Shown here: positions 8,481 to 19,416 of the stretch, one piece after another | How positions within the stretch are numbered: position 1 is the first letter of the stretch | How the letters are laid out: the number at the start of each line of letters is the position of its first letter | IMG/VR virus record: IMGVR_UViG_3300028874_000010 | Coordinates: 1 to 64,000 of that record | DNA: 64,000 nucleotides | Strand: one strand, 5' to 3' | DNA from: a virus | The notes under the pieces: model-generated | Databases searched by the model: none | Told to the model about the DNA's origin: nothing | What the model saw: the letters and a program-made list of their open reading frames with translations, nothing else | Program-made: the position numbers and the translations under genes

Positions 8481-9194
8481 TTATTTAGTTGTATTCTTTT
8501 TGTTACGTGCTACTTGTAAAGCTTCTATCCTGCGATTCTTAGCAATAATCTCGATCTTCCGTTCATCCGAATATGCATCAATCCAACACATCTTTTGATT
8601 AGTTGAATAACTTTGAAGACATGCAAGGCGATCATAATCGTCATACTCATCCACAAATGTTACATACTTAGAAGATTCCGGAAACCTAAGTCTCTTATGT
8701 GAAGGACCTGAAATTTCATCAATCCCAAACCAAGCGTAAAAAGCTTTACGTGATTCATAACTTTTAAAATACAAGTCATACTCATCCATAAGATTCGTAA
8801 TACAAAGTTCGAGGCGAGCAATTTGTGCATCATCATTTGAACGAGATACAATTCGTTCTTCCTCTTGCTTTTGAATCTCATTAGAGCGTGTGAGTCTATT
8901 ATATCTAATTCGCAATAAAAGTGAGATCCCGAGAACGAAAAACAACACAATTCCAGGGATTCCACCTATACAAAAAAATACAGATAAAACCAACAACCCA
9001 ATAATCCACCGAACCGATGCCCAGAATATAGCTTTACCAAGACTGACAATATGGCTTGGTGTTATACCAAAGTAATAATTGATTATGCAGTAAAAGTTAT
9101 AGATGATACTCAGGAGAACACCAACCATAAGAAAATTGGTGAATGTTGAATTTTTACCAGAATCATTGTCTTTCATGATAAACTCCATGTTCAT
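8481..9194 (-). CDS. hypothetical membrane protein
   Basis: 2-3 predicted TM segments; early promoter at 9206-9235. Confidence 0.6.
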   Translation of the reverse strand: MNMEFIMKDNDSGKNSTFTNFLMVGVLLSIIYNFYCIINYYFGITPSHIVSLGKAIFWASVRWIIGLLVLSVFFCIGGIPGIVLFFVLGISLLLRIRYNRLTRSNEIQKQEEERIVSRSNDDAQIARLELCITNLMDEYDLYFKSYESRKAFYAWFGIDEISGPSHKRLRFPESSKYVTFVDEYDDYDRLACLQSYSTNQKMCWIDAYSDERKIEIIAKNRRIEALQVARNKKNTTK

Positions 9195-9237
9195 TCCATG
9201 GTTTTATTTTATCACAGAAATCTTGAATAGTAAACTG

Positions 9238-10206
9238 TTATTTTAAAGTTTCTTTATACCAAGCAATAAATTTCTTGACACCTTCTTCTGGTGATGTTTT
9301 AAGACGATTAAAATTAATATCTAATTCATATTTAGCCATACTCGCGTATGTTTGTCTAACATCACTTTCTGGTAATCCGACATGCTTAATAATAGCTTTC
9401 TTACCAAGTTCTTGTTCTAATAGCGTAATAAAATCTCTAACTAGAATAGGTGAGCCATGCCCGATATTAAATATTCTATGATTGCCGCCATACATAGAAA
9501 TGCTAGTTACATCAATCAACCCTTCAACGATATCATCAATATAAGTAAAATCTCTAGATAATTCTATTTCGCCATTAAGCCCGTCACGGAGTTCAATTTC
9601 TTGTCCATTCATAATCTTTTCAGCAAAGATAAATGGGGCCATATCTTTGCGGCCATACGGGCCGTACACAGTAAAAAACCGACAACATACTATATCGGTT
9701 TCTAAGAAATGATTGGACATCGATTTAGCCAAAGCTTCGCCAGCACGTTTTGTTCCGGCATAATAACTAACTTGGTCCGTTGTCGAATTACCTTCACTCA
9801 TCTCGTATGATTGATCCCCATAAACACTCGAGCTGCTTGAATAGATAAGCTTTGGAATCTTGTAGTCATGACATGCCATTAGCACATTATGGAAAGCTAA
9901 AACATTATTGTTGAAATATATCTCTGGACTATCTTTAGAAGCCTGAACACCAGTTGAGGCCGCCAAGTGATACACAATATCAAAGGGATCCCATCCTCCA
10001 GCTAGTGTTTTTCCTATAGAAAGATCATGATAAATCAATTTAAAATTTAGATTACGAGCAAGATTTAAATACTTTGTATGTTTATCTGGATCAGTAAATA
10101 CAGAATATCGCAAATCAATACCATATACCGTATGACCAGAACTTAAAAGTTTAGCACATAAATGATAACCAATGAAACCCAGTGCTCCAGTTACAAGTAT
10201 ATTCAT
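9238..10206 (-). CDS. NAD-dependent nucleotide-sugar epimerase (UDP-glucuronate 4-epimerase-like)
   Basis: TGALGFIG, SSSSVYG, YAGTK, RFFTVYGPYGRKDMA, RDFTYIDDIV. Confidence 0.9.
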   Translation of the reverse strand: MNILVTGALGFIGYHLCAKLLSSGHTVYGIDLRYSVFTDPDKHTKYLNLARNLNFKLIYHDLSIGKTLAGGWDPFDIVYHLAASTGVQASKDSPEIYFNNNVLAFHNVLMACHDYKIPKLIYSSSSSVYGDQSYEMSEGNSTTDQVSYYAGTKRAGEALAKSMSNHFLETDIVCCRFFTVYGPYGRKDMAPFIFAEKIMNGQEIELRDGLNGEIELSRDFTYIDDIVEGLIDVTSISMYGGNHRIFNIGHGSPILVRDFITLLEQELGKKAIIKHVGLPESDVRQTYASMAKYELDINFNRLKTSPEEGVKKFIAWYKETLK

Positions 10207-10322
10207 GAGAAAGAAAAGATTTTGTTAATAAGCCAAGCCGAGTATTCACCAGGCTTCCAACCGTTGAGTACTAATTCTTGATCGAACGCCCGAATCTGTG
10301 CAGTCATCAGACGAATATCAAT

Positions 10323-11192
10323 TTAAACAGCGACTGGGGCTTTGATAGCGTTGTGATAATAATAATTATCTAGCCGAATATCATCTAGTTTGAAATCATC
10401 TATATCTTTGATTTCTGGATTTAACCATAGCTTTGCCTGAGTAGTAATCGATTCACGAGATAACATTTCTTCTACTTGAGTAAAGTGATTTTGGTAAATA
10501 TGTGTATCCCCAGATGAAACAATTAATTCACCAACGCCAAAACCACAAGTTTGTGCAAGCATATAAGTTAACAAAGCATATGAGGCTATGTTGTAAGGCG
10601 CCCCCAAAAATAAATCCCAGGATCGTTGAGTTAGATGACACGATAACTTTCCATTTGCCACATAAAACTGAAAAAATGCATGACATGGTGGTAGAGCCAT
10701 GTTTGGAATATCACTAACATTCCAGGCCGAGACAATTAAGCGCCTATCATTAGGATTAGACTTAAGCTTGTTCACCAAATCTCGAATCTGATCAATTGAT
10801 TCAACACGAACTTTCGCATTTATTAATGTTTTTGGGCCATCCGAGTGATCAATAGGATAATCGCCCGGGTTCACAATTGTGTATTTTTGCCAATTACGCC
10901 ATTGCGCACCATAGACTGGTCCCAAGCCCCCGAACTCATCTGCCCACTCGTCCCAAATATGATTGTTGTTATCATGGAGATATTTGATATTAGTGTTACC
11001 TGATAGGAGCCAAAGTAGTTCTACGGCAATAAGGCGGAACGCGGTGAACTTGGCATGAACAATCGGAAATTCTTCTTGGAGATCGAATCGGATCTGCTGA
11101 CCAAATAAACTCCTAGTTCCGGTCCCAGTTCGATCTGTTTTATCTGTTCCGTTTGTATAGACATGACGGACTAAATCTAAATATTGTTGCAT
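10323..11192 (-). CDS. thyA: thymidylate synthase
   Basis: [36 protein letters not shown]...PYN; start reassigned to MQQYL. Confidence 0.95.
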   Translation of the reverse strand: MQQYLDLVRHVYTNGTDKTDRTGTGTRSLFGQQIRFDLQEEFPIVHAKFTAFRLIAVELLWLLSGNTNIKYLHDNNNHIWDEWADEFGGLGPVYGAQWRNWQKYTIVNPGDYPIDHSDGPKTLINAKVRVESIDQIRDLVNKLKSNPNDRRLIVSAWNVSDIPNMALPPCHAFFQFYVANGKLSCHLTQRSWDLFLGAPYNIASYALLTYMLAQTCGFGVGELIVSSGDTHIYQNHFTQVEEMLSRESITTQAKLWLNPEIKDIDDFKLDDIRLDNYYYHNAIKAPVAV

Positions 11193-11197
11193 ATGTA

Positions 11198-11437
11198 TTA
11201 AATTGGTTTGAGGTGGTATTCTTGAAGAGTGATAGCTTTCCATTGCATACCAATGTATGGTTTATCTAAAAGAACAATATAAAAGTGAGTTAAGCCAAAT
11301 CTACCTGGTTTGGCTTCAAATCCAACTACGCTTCCTGTTTTACCATTAAGGTGTTCATTTAAGCCTGTTTCAACTTTAGGGTCAAACTCAATTCGGACAT
11401 TCTGATCGAGTTTGAGATTCTTATTCAATAGGCTCAT
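11198..11437 (-). CDS. small SH3-like hypothetical protein
   Basis: [11 protein letters not shown] beta-rich pattern. Confidence 0.55.
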   Translation of the reverse strand: MSLLNKNLKLDQNVRIEFDPKVETGLNEHLNGKTGSVVGFEAKPGRFGLTHFYIVLLDKPYIGMQWKAITLQEYHLKPI

Positions 11438-11449
11438 GATATAGTTCTC

Positions 11450-12307
11450 TTAAAAGTGTTTTGATTTTAACGTGATGTAAATATTTCCGTGCTCTCGTGT
11501 TTGTAAATCTGGTAAACCTACTCCGGTTAATCTAAGGATTGTTCCTTCTGGACTGCATGGAGGAACAGTCACAGTCAATTCCTTATTATTCAATCCCATA
11601 ACTTTAATAGAACCACCTTCTAATGAAGTTATTCTGTCAATAGAAGAGTTGGTATAAAGATCATTTCCTTTACGTAGGAAATTTACCCTATCTTCTACTT
11701 TAATTCTTATATTTTTGTATCTACGGTTGCCAGTTGGTCGTCTATTTTGATCAACGCATTGAAGTTTCAATATGACATTATCCCATACTCCTGGAGGTAT
11801 ATCAAAATAGCAATCAAAATCTATAATTTCTCCAGAACCTTTACAAGCTGGACATCGATTTAATTTCGAATCTTCTTCAGATGGTCTTGGAGTATATCCA
11901 CCGCCACCAAAGACTTGCCCAACTGTTCTAGAATGAGCTCCATATAAAGCCCCAGATCCATTGCATGTGGAACAAATAGTTTTCTTATTGGCTCTAGATA
12001 GGATTCCAGTTTCAACTTGATCTAATGATAGATAAACTGTTGCATCTGGAACAACATTAACTACTGTCGTTCTAGCATAATGTTTTGCTGCTTGTGGGAC
12101 TGAATCTTTTGCAACAGGAGGAATATATTTATACGATGGATCAGAAAGCTTTTCATAGGCTTGTTTGATCTCTTTAAATTTCTCTTCTGCATACTTGCTA
12201 TTGTTATTTCTATCCGGGTGCCATTTCATAGCGAGTTTTCTATAAGCACGAACAATCTCGTCAGTAGATGCACCCGGATCTAATTCCAATATTTTATAGT
12301 ATAGCAT
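11450..12307 (-). CDS. DnaJ-family co-chaperone (divergent)
   Basis: J-domain HPD; two CxxCxGxG motifs; own late promoter at 12341-12348. Confidence 0.85.
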   Translation of the reverse strand: MLYYKILELDPGASTDEIVRAYRKLAMKWHPDRNNNSKYAEEKFKEIKQAYEKLSDPSYKYIPPVAKDSVPQAAKHYARTTVVNVVPDATVYLSLDQVETGILSRANKKTICSTCNGSGALYGAHSRTVGQVFGGGGYTPRPSEEDSKLNRCPACKGSGEIIDFDCYFDIPPGVWDNVILKLQCVDQNRRPTGNRRYKNIRIKVEDRVNFLRKGNDLYTNSSIDRITSLEGGSIKVMGLNNKELTVTVPPCSPEGTILRLTGVGLPDLQTREHGNIYITLKSKHF

Positions 12308-12366
12308 ATGTATGGGTATAACTCTTTGTTATTATTCAAATATTTATACCGATTTCAGGTGGGTCC

Positions 12367-13386
12367 CTATAGCTTAGCTTTTTCAAGCTCGTCAAATTTT
12401 TGAAGTAATGTTTTCTGTTCTGATGTTAAGTTCTTTGGATATACTACTTTAATAATCATATACAAATCACCCACGGCACCACTAAACTTTTTCATTCCTT
12501 GGCCTTTCATCCTGAGTTTTTTGCCATGTGATGTTCGTTCAGGAATAGAAAGTTCTAATACATCGCCATTCAAACTTTCAACGCTGGTTTTTCCACCAAG
12601 TAAAGAAGTAGCAATTGGTATTTCTAATTCCATAATCAGATCATCGTCAGATCGCTGAAACTTTTTATGATTAAGGATTATTATCCGAACAATCAAATCA
12701 CCTGGTGGTAATTCAGAATTTTCTTTATTCCCAAGACCGGACAATTTAAACAATGCTCCATCAGGAATGCCGGGCATAATCTTCAAATCGGTTTCTGTTT
12801 CTTCTAATACAATAGAACGTCCAGAACAAACTTTACATGGATCTTCAACTTTAGTCCCCGACCCAGCACAGGTAGGACAGGTTTGCGCCATTTTAAAATT
12901 TGGATTGATCGCTCTTAAGATTTGACCTTTCCCATTACATGTGGAACATTTAACTTTTACTTTAGAAATCGATCCAGTTCCATCACAAGCTTTACACCCA
13001 ACAACGTGTTTGTATTTGACTTTTTTAGTGACACCAGAATTAGCTTCTTCTAAAGTAATATCAATTTCTGATCGCTTATCAGAATTACCAGGCATAGCTT
13101 GTTGAGCATTAACATGCTTAAAGATATCAGCAAAATCAAAGCCAAAATCTTGGGGTGCTCTTTGGCCGGGCTGTTCATGACCGAATTGATCATAATGATT
13201 TCGCTTCTCTTGGTTTCCTAGGACTTCATTTGCCTCGTTAACTTCTTTGAACTGCTCTTCAGCACCAGAATCAGTATTCCGATCTGGGTGATATTTCATC
13301 GCTAGTTTACGATAAGCTTTTTTGATGTCATCTTCTGTAGCAGTTTTAGCTACACCAAGGACTTCATAGTAATCTCGTTTTGTCAT
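12367..13386 (-). CDS. dnaJ: DnaJ chaperone (class A)
   Basis: J-domain HPD, four CxxCxGxG motifs, C-terminal domain. Confidence 0.93.
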   Translation of the reverse strand: MTKRDYYEVLGVAKTATEDDIKKAYRKLAMKYHPDRNTDSGAEEQFKEVNEANEVLGNQEKRNHYDQFGHEQPGQRAPQDFGFDFADIFKHVNAQQAMPGNSDKRSEIDITLEEANSGVTKKVKYKHVVGCKACDGTGSISKVKVKCSTCNGKGQILRAINPNFKMAQTCPTCAGSGTKVEDPCKVCSGRSIVLEETETDLKIMPGIPDGALFKLSGLGNKENSELPPGDLIVRIIILNHKKFQRSDDDLIMELEIPIATSLLGGKTSVESLNGDVLELSIPERTSHGKKLRMKGQGMKKFSGAVGDLYMIIKVVYPKNLTSEQKTLLQKFDELEKAKL

Positions 13387-13628
13387 ACGTCGTTAAGAAA
13401 ATCTGCAATTGCTTGTTTAAGTTCGGGTTGTTGATCTACATCATGAAGAAATCCACACATGATATCGCCATCTAGATCGAGCTTTTCACCTTCATATTTC
13501 ATTTTACGAATCAGCATTGTTCCAATATCAAAATGGACATGCATAAATTCTTGAATGAAAATTTTATTGACATCTTCATTGGTTGTTTGTTTATCTGGGA
13601 TAAAATAGAAATGGGCGATTGATGGCAT
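13383..13628 (-). CDS. hypothetical protein
   Basis: Coupled ORF. Confidence 0.55.
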   Translation of the reverse strand: MPSIAHFYFIPDKQTTNEDVNKIFIQEFMHVHFDIGTMLIRKMKYEGEKLDLDGDIMCGFLHDVDQQPELKQAIADFLNDV

Positions 13629-13674
13629 AGTTTTGGTAAGTGGATGTCTTTATTGGAGATATCCACTTAGTTAA

Positions 13675-14088
13675 TTAGCGAGTGTATCGTGCGATAATTT
13701 CGGCGTGAGCCTGATCTGGCGATTTCCAGCCAAATGGCTTGATGACATCTAATGATGTGCCTCGTTTTGATTGGTCTGCTGATGTTGCTCTAACTTTAGA
13801 CATGTTTGCTTGTTGAACTGCATCCCACATTTCTTGCCACATAGCTGGAGAAACGCCCATCATCTGAGCAGTTCCATAGGCCACATAAACAAGATCAATA
13901 AGTGAATCTAAGGCTGTGGCTAGGTCATTGTTATAATGCGAATCTACATATTCTCGAAGTTCTTCTTGCATGAAACCAAGACGAAAATTATACGTATCGT
14001 CATCCAATAGCTTAGGTGTATCAGCTAAAGGAACTTGGAACTTGGAATGGAAATCGTTAACATCTTGGTAACCGGATTGCTGAATCAT
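13675..14088 (-). CDS. MazG-like/PRA-PH nucleotide pyrophosphohydrolase
   Basis: FMQEELRE...LDSLIDLVYVAYG...ANMSK...KPFGW. Confidence 0.85.
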   Translation of the reverse strand: MIQQSGYQDVNDFHSKFQVPLADTPKLLDDDTYNFRLGFMQEELREYVDSHYNNDLATALDSLIDLVYVAYGTAQMMGVSPAMWQEMWDAVQQANMSKVRATSADQSKRGTSLDVIKPFGWKSPDQAHAEIIARYTR

Positions 14089-14115
14089 TGATAGTGCCTT
14101 ATACTTTTATTGAGA

Positions 14116-14805
14116 TTATTGCTTTGCTGCTTCAGTATCATACAAATCTTGCATATCAACAGCAGCACAAGCCGCTGCACCCATGCTACGATATGTAGTC
14201 GCTGCCGAATTTAATGCACTGTAAGTGTCCGCCATTCCTTTTGCTGATGCAGTAAAGGATGCAAATTTTCCGCCTTGGATATTAAGAGTAGTTGCCATTT
14301 TTTGTACATCGATATTTGCACCAAGAAATAGAACTTCCCAGTTATGTTCTTTTTCAACTTTGGATATCAATGAGGCGACAGTGGAACCAGAAAATTCTTT
14401 ACTTGAGTTTTCTTCACCGTCCGTGAGAATAGCTAGAATAGTCTTTGTGTCATCTGAGACCTTCTCTTCTAAGCATTTGGTAATTGTAACACCAATTGCA
14501 TCATAAAGTGCAGTCATTCCACGCGGTGTATACACTTCTTCAGTTAGAACAGGAACATGATTTAGACCGACCCGAGAATGAATGGTTTCAATGATATTAT
14601 CAAAGATCACCAATGTGATATCTGCTTCACCAGGAACCTTCTTTTGGCCATCAACAAAAGCGTTGAATCCACCAATAGCTTCGTTTTTAATATTGTTCAT
14701 AGACCCAGATCGATCCAAAACAAAGACCAAACGAGCTTTAGTTGGTGCAACTTGTGTTTCGACAACAGTGGTTGTTACAGTGGTTGTTGTAATAGTTTTT
14801 GACAT
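14116..14805 (-). CDS. von Willebrand factor A domain protein
   Basis: MIDAS DRSGS, TALYDA, TDGEEN. Confidence 0.9.
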   Translation of the reverse strand: MSKTITTTTVTTTVVETQVAPTKARLVFVLDRSGSMNNIKNEAIGGFNAFVDGQKKVPGEADITLVIFDNIIETIHSRVGLNHVPVLTEEVYTPRGMTALYDAIGVTITKCLEEKVSDDTKTILAILTDGEENSSKEFSGSTVASLISKVEKEHNWEVLFLGANIDVQKMATTLNIQGGKFASFTASAKGMADTYSALNSAATTYRSMGAAACAAVDMQDLYDTEAAKQ

Positions 14806-15143
14806 GTTAATTTTTTAGTGTTATGGTTATGGTTATTTTGTACTACTGATGGATCATCCAACTTGATAGCTATTGAATGGGTATCTACTTTAACTCCGCC
14901 AGCATTATGATCAACAGAAACATAATAGTCATGGATAATATCTACAACAACCAGAGGACGATTATAACCAGCCATTTTATGTCGTGGATTATTTGGCGTG
15001 GCTGGGTTACCAAGTTGTGTAAAGTGAACGGTATCACCTATTGCTGGTATAGTAAGTTGGTGTGAGACATATGTCATTCCTTCAGGCCAAATGAATGTAA
15101 CAGAATGCCGTTGAACTTCAGGTTTCTTTATTTTGAAAAACAT
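14775..15143 (-). CDS. hypothetical protein
   Basis: ORF track. Confidence 0.5.
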   Translation of the reverse strand: MFFKIKKPEVQRHSVTFIWPEGMTYVSHQLTIPAIGDTVHFTQLGNPATPNNPRHKMAGYNRPLVVVDIIHDYYVSVDHNAGGVKVDTHSIAIKLDDPSVVQNNHNHNTKKLTCQKLLQQPL

Positions 15144-15412
15144 ATAGTCTCTTGTACATAATGAGCAGGAGTATGAGTCCCTTCAATAGTTTCTTTATGA
15201 ATCAGTTTACCATTTTCTATAGTATAAATTTCTTTATACACATAATCTGGAAATGGTTTTCCAGAAGCTTGATTTGCTTTACTTGGATATTGTCTAACGA
15301 TGATAACACTTTGTTTATCATCACTAATAGTCACTGAAACGATTTTGTGAGAACCATGAAGAGGAAGAGATTCTTTATGAATATCCGGAGTTACTATAGC
15401 GTGGTGTTTCAT
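15128..15412 (-). CDS. hypothetical protein
   Basis: ORF track. Confidence 0.55.
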   Translation of the reverse strand: MKHHAIVTPDIHKESLPLHGSHKIVSVTISDDKQSVIIVRQYPSKANQASGKPFPDYVYKEIYTIENGKLIHKETIEGTHTPAHYVQETICFSK

Positions 15413-15413
15413 T

Positions 15414-15806
15414 TCAATCGTGCCAATTTAATCTAACAATTCCTTCATCAGACAAATCATAGATAGAGTGTTTTTCGACAATTGATTTAACAATTGATAA
15501 ATCAGTACCCCATCCGGAATGTAAAAACCGGACAAGCTGAGTAATAGCTTGAAGCCCTTGCTTATCTGAATTAGAAGGGCCTTCTTTAAAATACTTTCGT
15601 GAACGAGTTCTGATATAGTTATCAGTCTCTTCAAGAATTTTTGAAGACAATTGGTAAACACCGGTATCCGGACACCAACCAAAGATGTGTAGGTCTGTGA
15701 TATTTTGTTCTTCATCAGCAAATTCAACTGGGCGCTGGACTTCGATAATGACCCACTCATTAAGAGTTAGATCATCAGATCCGGCTAACATACGTGTAGG
15801 AATCAT
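15414..15806 (-). CDS. hypothetical protein
   Basis: Start reassigned to MIPTRM, just after the upstream stop. Confidence 0.55.
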   Translation of the reverse strand: MIPTRMLAGSDDLTLNEWVIIEVQRPVEFADEEQNITDLHIFGWCPDTGVYQLSSKILEETDNYIRTRSRKYFKEGPSNSDKQGLQAITQLVRFLHSGWGTDLSIVKSIVEKHSIYDLSDEGIVRLNWHD

Positions 15807-15807
15807 A

Positions 15808-15987
15808 TTATTTAAATAGTTCGAGTTGTTCAGGGAGAGGACAATCATAATGACATCCGTCTAGTGCTATAGAACGGCTCAAGGTGGCATCAGTGAGCTC
15901 ACAGTAATAGGTACCATACCCAGGTGGAGAATAGTCCCTGTCGCCATCCTCCCACTTCCTGTGTTCACATTGGTGACACAGGTTCAT
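15808..15987 (-). CDS. small Cys-rich protein (59 aa)
   Basis: Hand translation MNLCHQCEHRKW...YYCEL...HYDCPLPEQLELFK; ATGA overlap with the upstream stop. Confidence 0.6.
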   Translation of the reverse strand: MNLCHQCEHRKWEDGDRDYSPPGYGTYYCELTDATLSRSIALDGCHYDCPLPEQLELFK

Positions 15988-16355
15988 TCTTCAACAATAG
16001 TAAGGAGCCATCTATCATCGAGATAGACAGTTTTTTCTGTTGTTGAATCAATAAAATGCCAAGAATTCATATCCGAATCATGAGTCACTGGCCCATCCGA
16101 AATATAAGTTCTGGTGTATAAACCATCAGGACTCATTTTCTCTACAATCCACTTTTCATTACCTGAAGTAGAAGAACTATCGGTTGATACGTCGGCATCG
16201 CTTGTAGCAACTGGTGCAATCGCTGAACTAGTTGGAGTGATAGATGTAGGACCATCATCATTACTACATGCACTAATGCTGCCAATTCCTAATCCAATTG
16301 CAAGGAGAACACCACAAAAGCTATAGTGGATTATACCTTTAATTTTTTCTTTCAT
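15984..16355 (-). CDS. putative lipoprotein
   Basis: Signal peptide with ISAC lipobox; Ser/Thr-rich linker. Confidence 0.6.
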   Translation of the reverse strand: MKEKIKGIIHYSFCGVLLAIGLGIGSISACSNDDGPTSITPTSSAIAPVATSDADVSTDSSSTSGNEKWIVEKMSPDGLYTRTYISDGPVTHDSDMNSWHFIDSTTEKTVYLDDRWLLTIVEE

Positions 16356-17461
16356 ACTACCTCCAGAGAATACTCAGGTAAAAAATGTTTAATAAAAAAT
16401 TCTTTATAACGCGGCTCTTTATCATTATATTTTGCCATAACCAAACTAAAATAAGGATTATCTTTAATTCGGATAACAAATTCACGAGTCCTATCATTAC
16501 CTTCACCAATCAAAAATGGATCAGCAATATTTACTGAATACAGATTATCAACAGTAGTTCGAAGATGATTCAATGTGTTAACAACTTTAGCTTCAATAGT
16601 TTCGACCTTTAAATGACTTTCACCAATAGCAGTCAAATATGATTTGAAGTCATCAATTGATTCTTCGATCACCATACGAGCAATATCTCGTTCACGAGTG
16701 AACGTCACTGAATGATGAAGGTTGATGTACCAAGGAGTTTTCAATTTGACCATATCGCCGGTATCAAATTGAACAACATATCCTTCTTTATTAGTTTCCT
16801 CCTGACAAGCATTTACTAAATCATGAACATTAAATTCACTAGAGTTAACAATTCGCTGTTCATCAACTACAGGAATATTATAGTTTTTTGCAATATCAGA
16901 AATATCAAATAGATATGTTCCGATGAATTTCTCACGGATGTGAGTTAGTACCAATTCATCATAATCGTATTTTAACACAATACGATCGCCAGGTGAGGTC
17001 CATTCAAATGTAGGAGTAAAATTATTATCATCACACATCTCAACAAACTTTTGATAGTTGCTGCGTTCGGCAATATAAGCATTTGCTCTAGCTGCTTGAT
17101 CAGTGTCAAAGCTTTTCTTTGTTTTGCAAATGATCTTACCATCTAAGATAGTTGGTGTAATCATAGACCCATCACGCTTGTCCATAACCCGAACCACCTT
17201 ATGGTGAGCAATGTTATGAACTTGGGTTTCTTCTAATTCGCCTATATTAAAAAATTTATGCATCGGCCTAACCAAAATAAATCCCGATGGATCAAATGCA
17301 ATCCCTCGACATTCCCGAGCCCATTCATCATCAAAGGTGTTTTTGCCCCCAATCGAATAACACACAACAGTACATCCATTTGGATGCAGTTTAACAGTAA
17401 TTTCCGGTTTATGTTGAATATGCGGAAGTAAGTCATCAAGATGATGAATGGTTGGAAACAT
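16352..17461 (-). CDS. rnlA: RNA ligase 1 (T4 RnlA family)
   Basis: ECRG, KFFN, KRDGS (motif I), EGYVV, KLK. Confidence 0.9.
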   Translation of the reverse strand: MFPTIHHLDDLLPHIQHKPEITVKLHPNGCTVVCYSIGGKNTFDDEWARECRGIAFDPSGFILVRPMHKFFNIGELEETQVHNIAHHKVVRVMDKRDGSMITPTILDGKIICKTKKSFDTDQAARANAYIAERSNYQKFVEMCDDNNFTPTFEWTSPGDRIVLKYDYDELVLTHIREKFIGTYLFDISDIAKNYNIPVVDEQRIVNSSEFNVHDLVNACQEETNKEGYVVQFDTGDMVKLKTPWYINLHHSVTFTRERDIARMVIEESIDDFKSYLTAIGESHLKVETIEAKVVNTLNHLRTTVDNLYSVNIADPFLIGEGNDRTREFVIRIKDNPYFSLVMAKYNDKEPRYKEFFIKHFLPEYSLEVV

Positions 17462-17495
17462 TTTTATGAACCTCTTTTAAAATACAGTAGACAGT

Positions 17496-17750
17496 TTATT
17501 CACAGAGTTTTACAGTAATCAAGATGATTACTGCCATCAGCCAGCCAATAGCGAGAATAGATATAATTCCTAAGATAATGCACCATCCTATATAGAACGG
17601 AAGCAACACAATCCACCATGACCAACTAGAAACAATACTAATACCAGAAACCTTAAGAGCGAATAAAACAACACCTAAGATAGTTAACCAATGTGGATTG
17701 ATTTGTTTTGTACTAACTGTTCCTTTCTTAATTTTTTTAATTAACTTCAT
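17496..17750 (-). CDS. small membrane protein
   Basis: WSWWIVLLP phage membrane-protein motif. Confidence 0.7.
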   Translation of the reverse strand: MKLIKKIKKGTVSTKQINPHWLTILGVVLFALKVSGISIVSSWSWWIVLLPFYIGWCIILGIISILAIGWLMAVIILITVKLCE

Positions 17751-17963
17751 TTAGTGCCTTTTAAAATACATGGTATCATAATCAAGTTCTATAAAATCAT
17801 CATTAGAAATTACAAAACTTGAAGGCCTAACTAGAATTTTTGAAGAATATAATTTAGATTTAACTCCAGTACAATCTTCAATACTATCGAGTTGAACACC
17901 AAGTTCTCGTGCTTCAATGGCAGTAATAACTCGGCCTTCTTCGGTATAGGATAAACTTTTCAT
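17751..17963 (-). CDS. hypothetical protein
   Basis: Start reassigned to MKSLSY. Confidence 0.5.
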   Translation of the reverse strand: MKSLSYTEEGRVITAIEARELGVQLDSIEDCTGVKSKLYSSKILVRPSSFVISNDDFIELDYDTMYFKRH

Positions 17964-17973
17964 TTTTATAATG

Positions 17974-19296
17974 TTATTTAAATTTAAGTTCGTTAAGTTC
18001 TTTGACATACATATCCCAATCTGTAGTATGTTCAAGACTATTAATATCTGTTTCGATAGCAATGATATCAGTTTCGAGTTTTTCTATTTCGTCTCTGGTG
18101 AGGCTATAGATTCTGATTTGGAGAAGTTTTTCGATCTCTACGAATTTATTTTTCTCTAGTAATGCATAGAGATCAGCTTTACCTTTCTTAGCAAAATCGT
18201 TAGGGCTCTTTAAATAGAATTTAATGAACCGAAGTTTTTCATTTGCCCAGGATAAATCATTCTTAAGATTTTCAATTAGCTTGATTCGGCGTGCTTCGTA
18301 TTTATCCAATCGATATTCAACGAAATAGTTAATGATCTCTTGAGCGCTATTAAAAACTTTCATCTTTCCATCGTGACCCCAACATGTAAAATTCTCAGTG
18401 TCACGAGCAACAAGTTTGAATGTCTTCATCAACTCATCACGACCCATCTCAAAAATCGGTGTTCCGCTTGTTACTCGTGGAACTTTAATTTCAAAATCAA
18501 AACCATCTTCAGTAGAACTATCTATATATTCTTTGATGATGCCTTCATCTTCTAGTTTATTCAGATGTTCCTTATAATCATCCTGGTAGACTCCAATTGG
18601 GAGTTCAGTGATTCGTATGGTTGTACTATTAACAATCTCATAGGCGCCTTCTATGACGGTCTGTTTATCATTCCTATATACTTTGCCTTTGAATCCTTTG
18701 AACCAAGGTAATACTTCTTTTGGCTTCTTCTTTTGAAGAATCGCCAAAATATTGTTCTTGATATCTTCTGGGTTGTAAGAAAGAATTTGTGTCGCATATC
18801 CCGTCCCAGTTCCAGAGACACCATTTACCAAGATCATTGGAAGTGTAGGCAAATATCGAACTGGCTCAATCTGCAAACCATCACTAAGCCGAGTATCGAG
18901 AATTGCGTCATCATCTTTTTTAAAAATCATTCTAAAATTCTTAGAGAGTTCAGTCATGATGTAACGTCCGGCACCGGGTGCCGGATCTAAACGAGATCCG
19001 AATTGGCCATTAGGCATTAGCAAATTCAGATTGTTTGATCCAGCAAATGTTTGGGCCATCTTAGCAATAGTTCCAACTAAAGAAGTTGCACCATGATGAT
19101 AATCCGAAACACCAGCAATATAATTTGCTAATGTTTCAACTCGAGCTTCATCGGCATGTTCGCCGCGCTTAAGCATACCAAACATAACTTTACGTTGGCC
19201 CGGTTTAAAACCGTCGATCGCATCAGCAATAGATCGATGGTTGTCATATACACTGAATAACCTAAATTGGTCATCCATAAATGTTTTAATTTTCAT
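17974..19296 (-). CDS. 52: type II DNA topoisomerase medium subunit (gp52, GyrA-like)
   Basis: DGFKPGQRK, YHHG, GQFGSR, AGRY active-site Tyr, ITELP. Confidence 0.95.
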   Translation of the reverse strand: MKIKTFMDDQFRLFSVYDNHRSIADAIDGFKPGQRKVMFGMLKRGEHADEARVETLANYIAGVSDYHHGATSLVGTIAKMAQTFAGSNNLNLLMPNGQFGSRLDPAPGAGRYIMTELSKNFRMIFKKDDDAILDTRLSDGLQIEPVRYLPTLPMILVNGVSGTGTGYATQILSYNPEDIKNNILAILQKKKPKEVLPWFKGFKGKVYRNDKQTVIEGAYEIVNSTTIRITELPIGVYQDDYKEHLNKLEDEGIIKEYIDSSTEDGFDFEIKVPRVTSGTPIFEMGRDELMKTFKLVARDTENFTCWGHDGKMKVFNSAQEIINYFVEYRLDKYEARRIKLIENLKNDLSWANEKLRFIKFYLKSPNDFAKKGKADLYALLEKNKFVEIEKLLQIRIYSLTRDEIEKLETDIIAIETDINSLEHTTDWDMYVKELNELKFK

Positions 19297-19416
19297 ATAG
19301 TTTTATATTATTCAATTCTTGTAATTCTCATGTATCAGGTCTAAAGTGAGACAGCCCTTTACGTATTCCTAATTTCTATTCTTTTATTTGAGATTTGTAA
19401 AGTATTCAGCCTAGGA

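Noticed and set aside
10203-10322. Readthrough extension of thyA (frame stays open after TAA; contains a 34-aa ORF)
   Set aside because: ThyA ends in the canonical PVAV; more likely a small ORF or remnant
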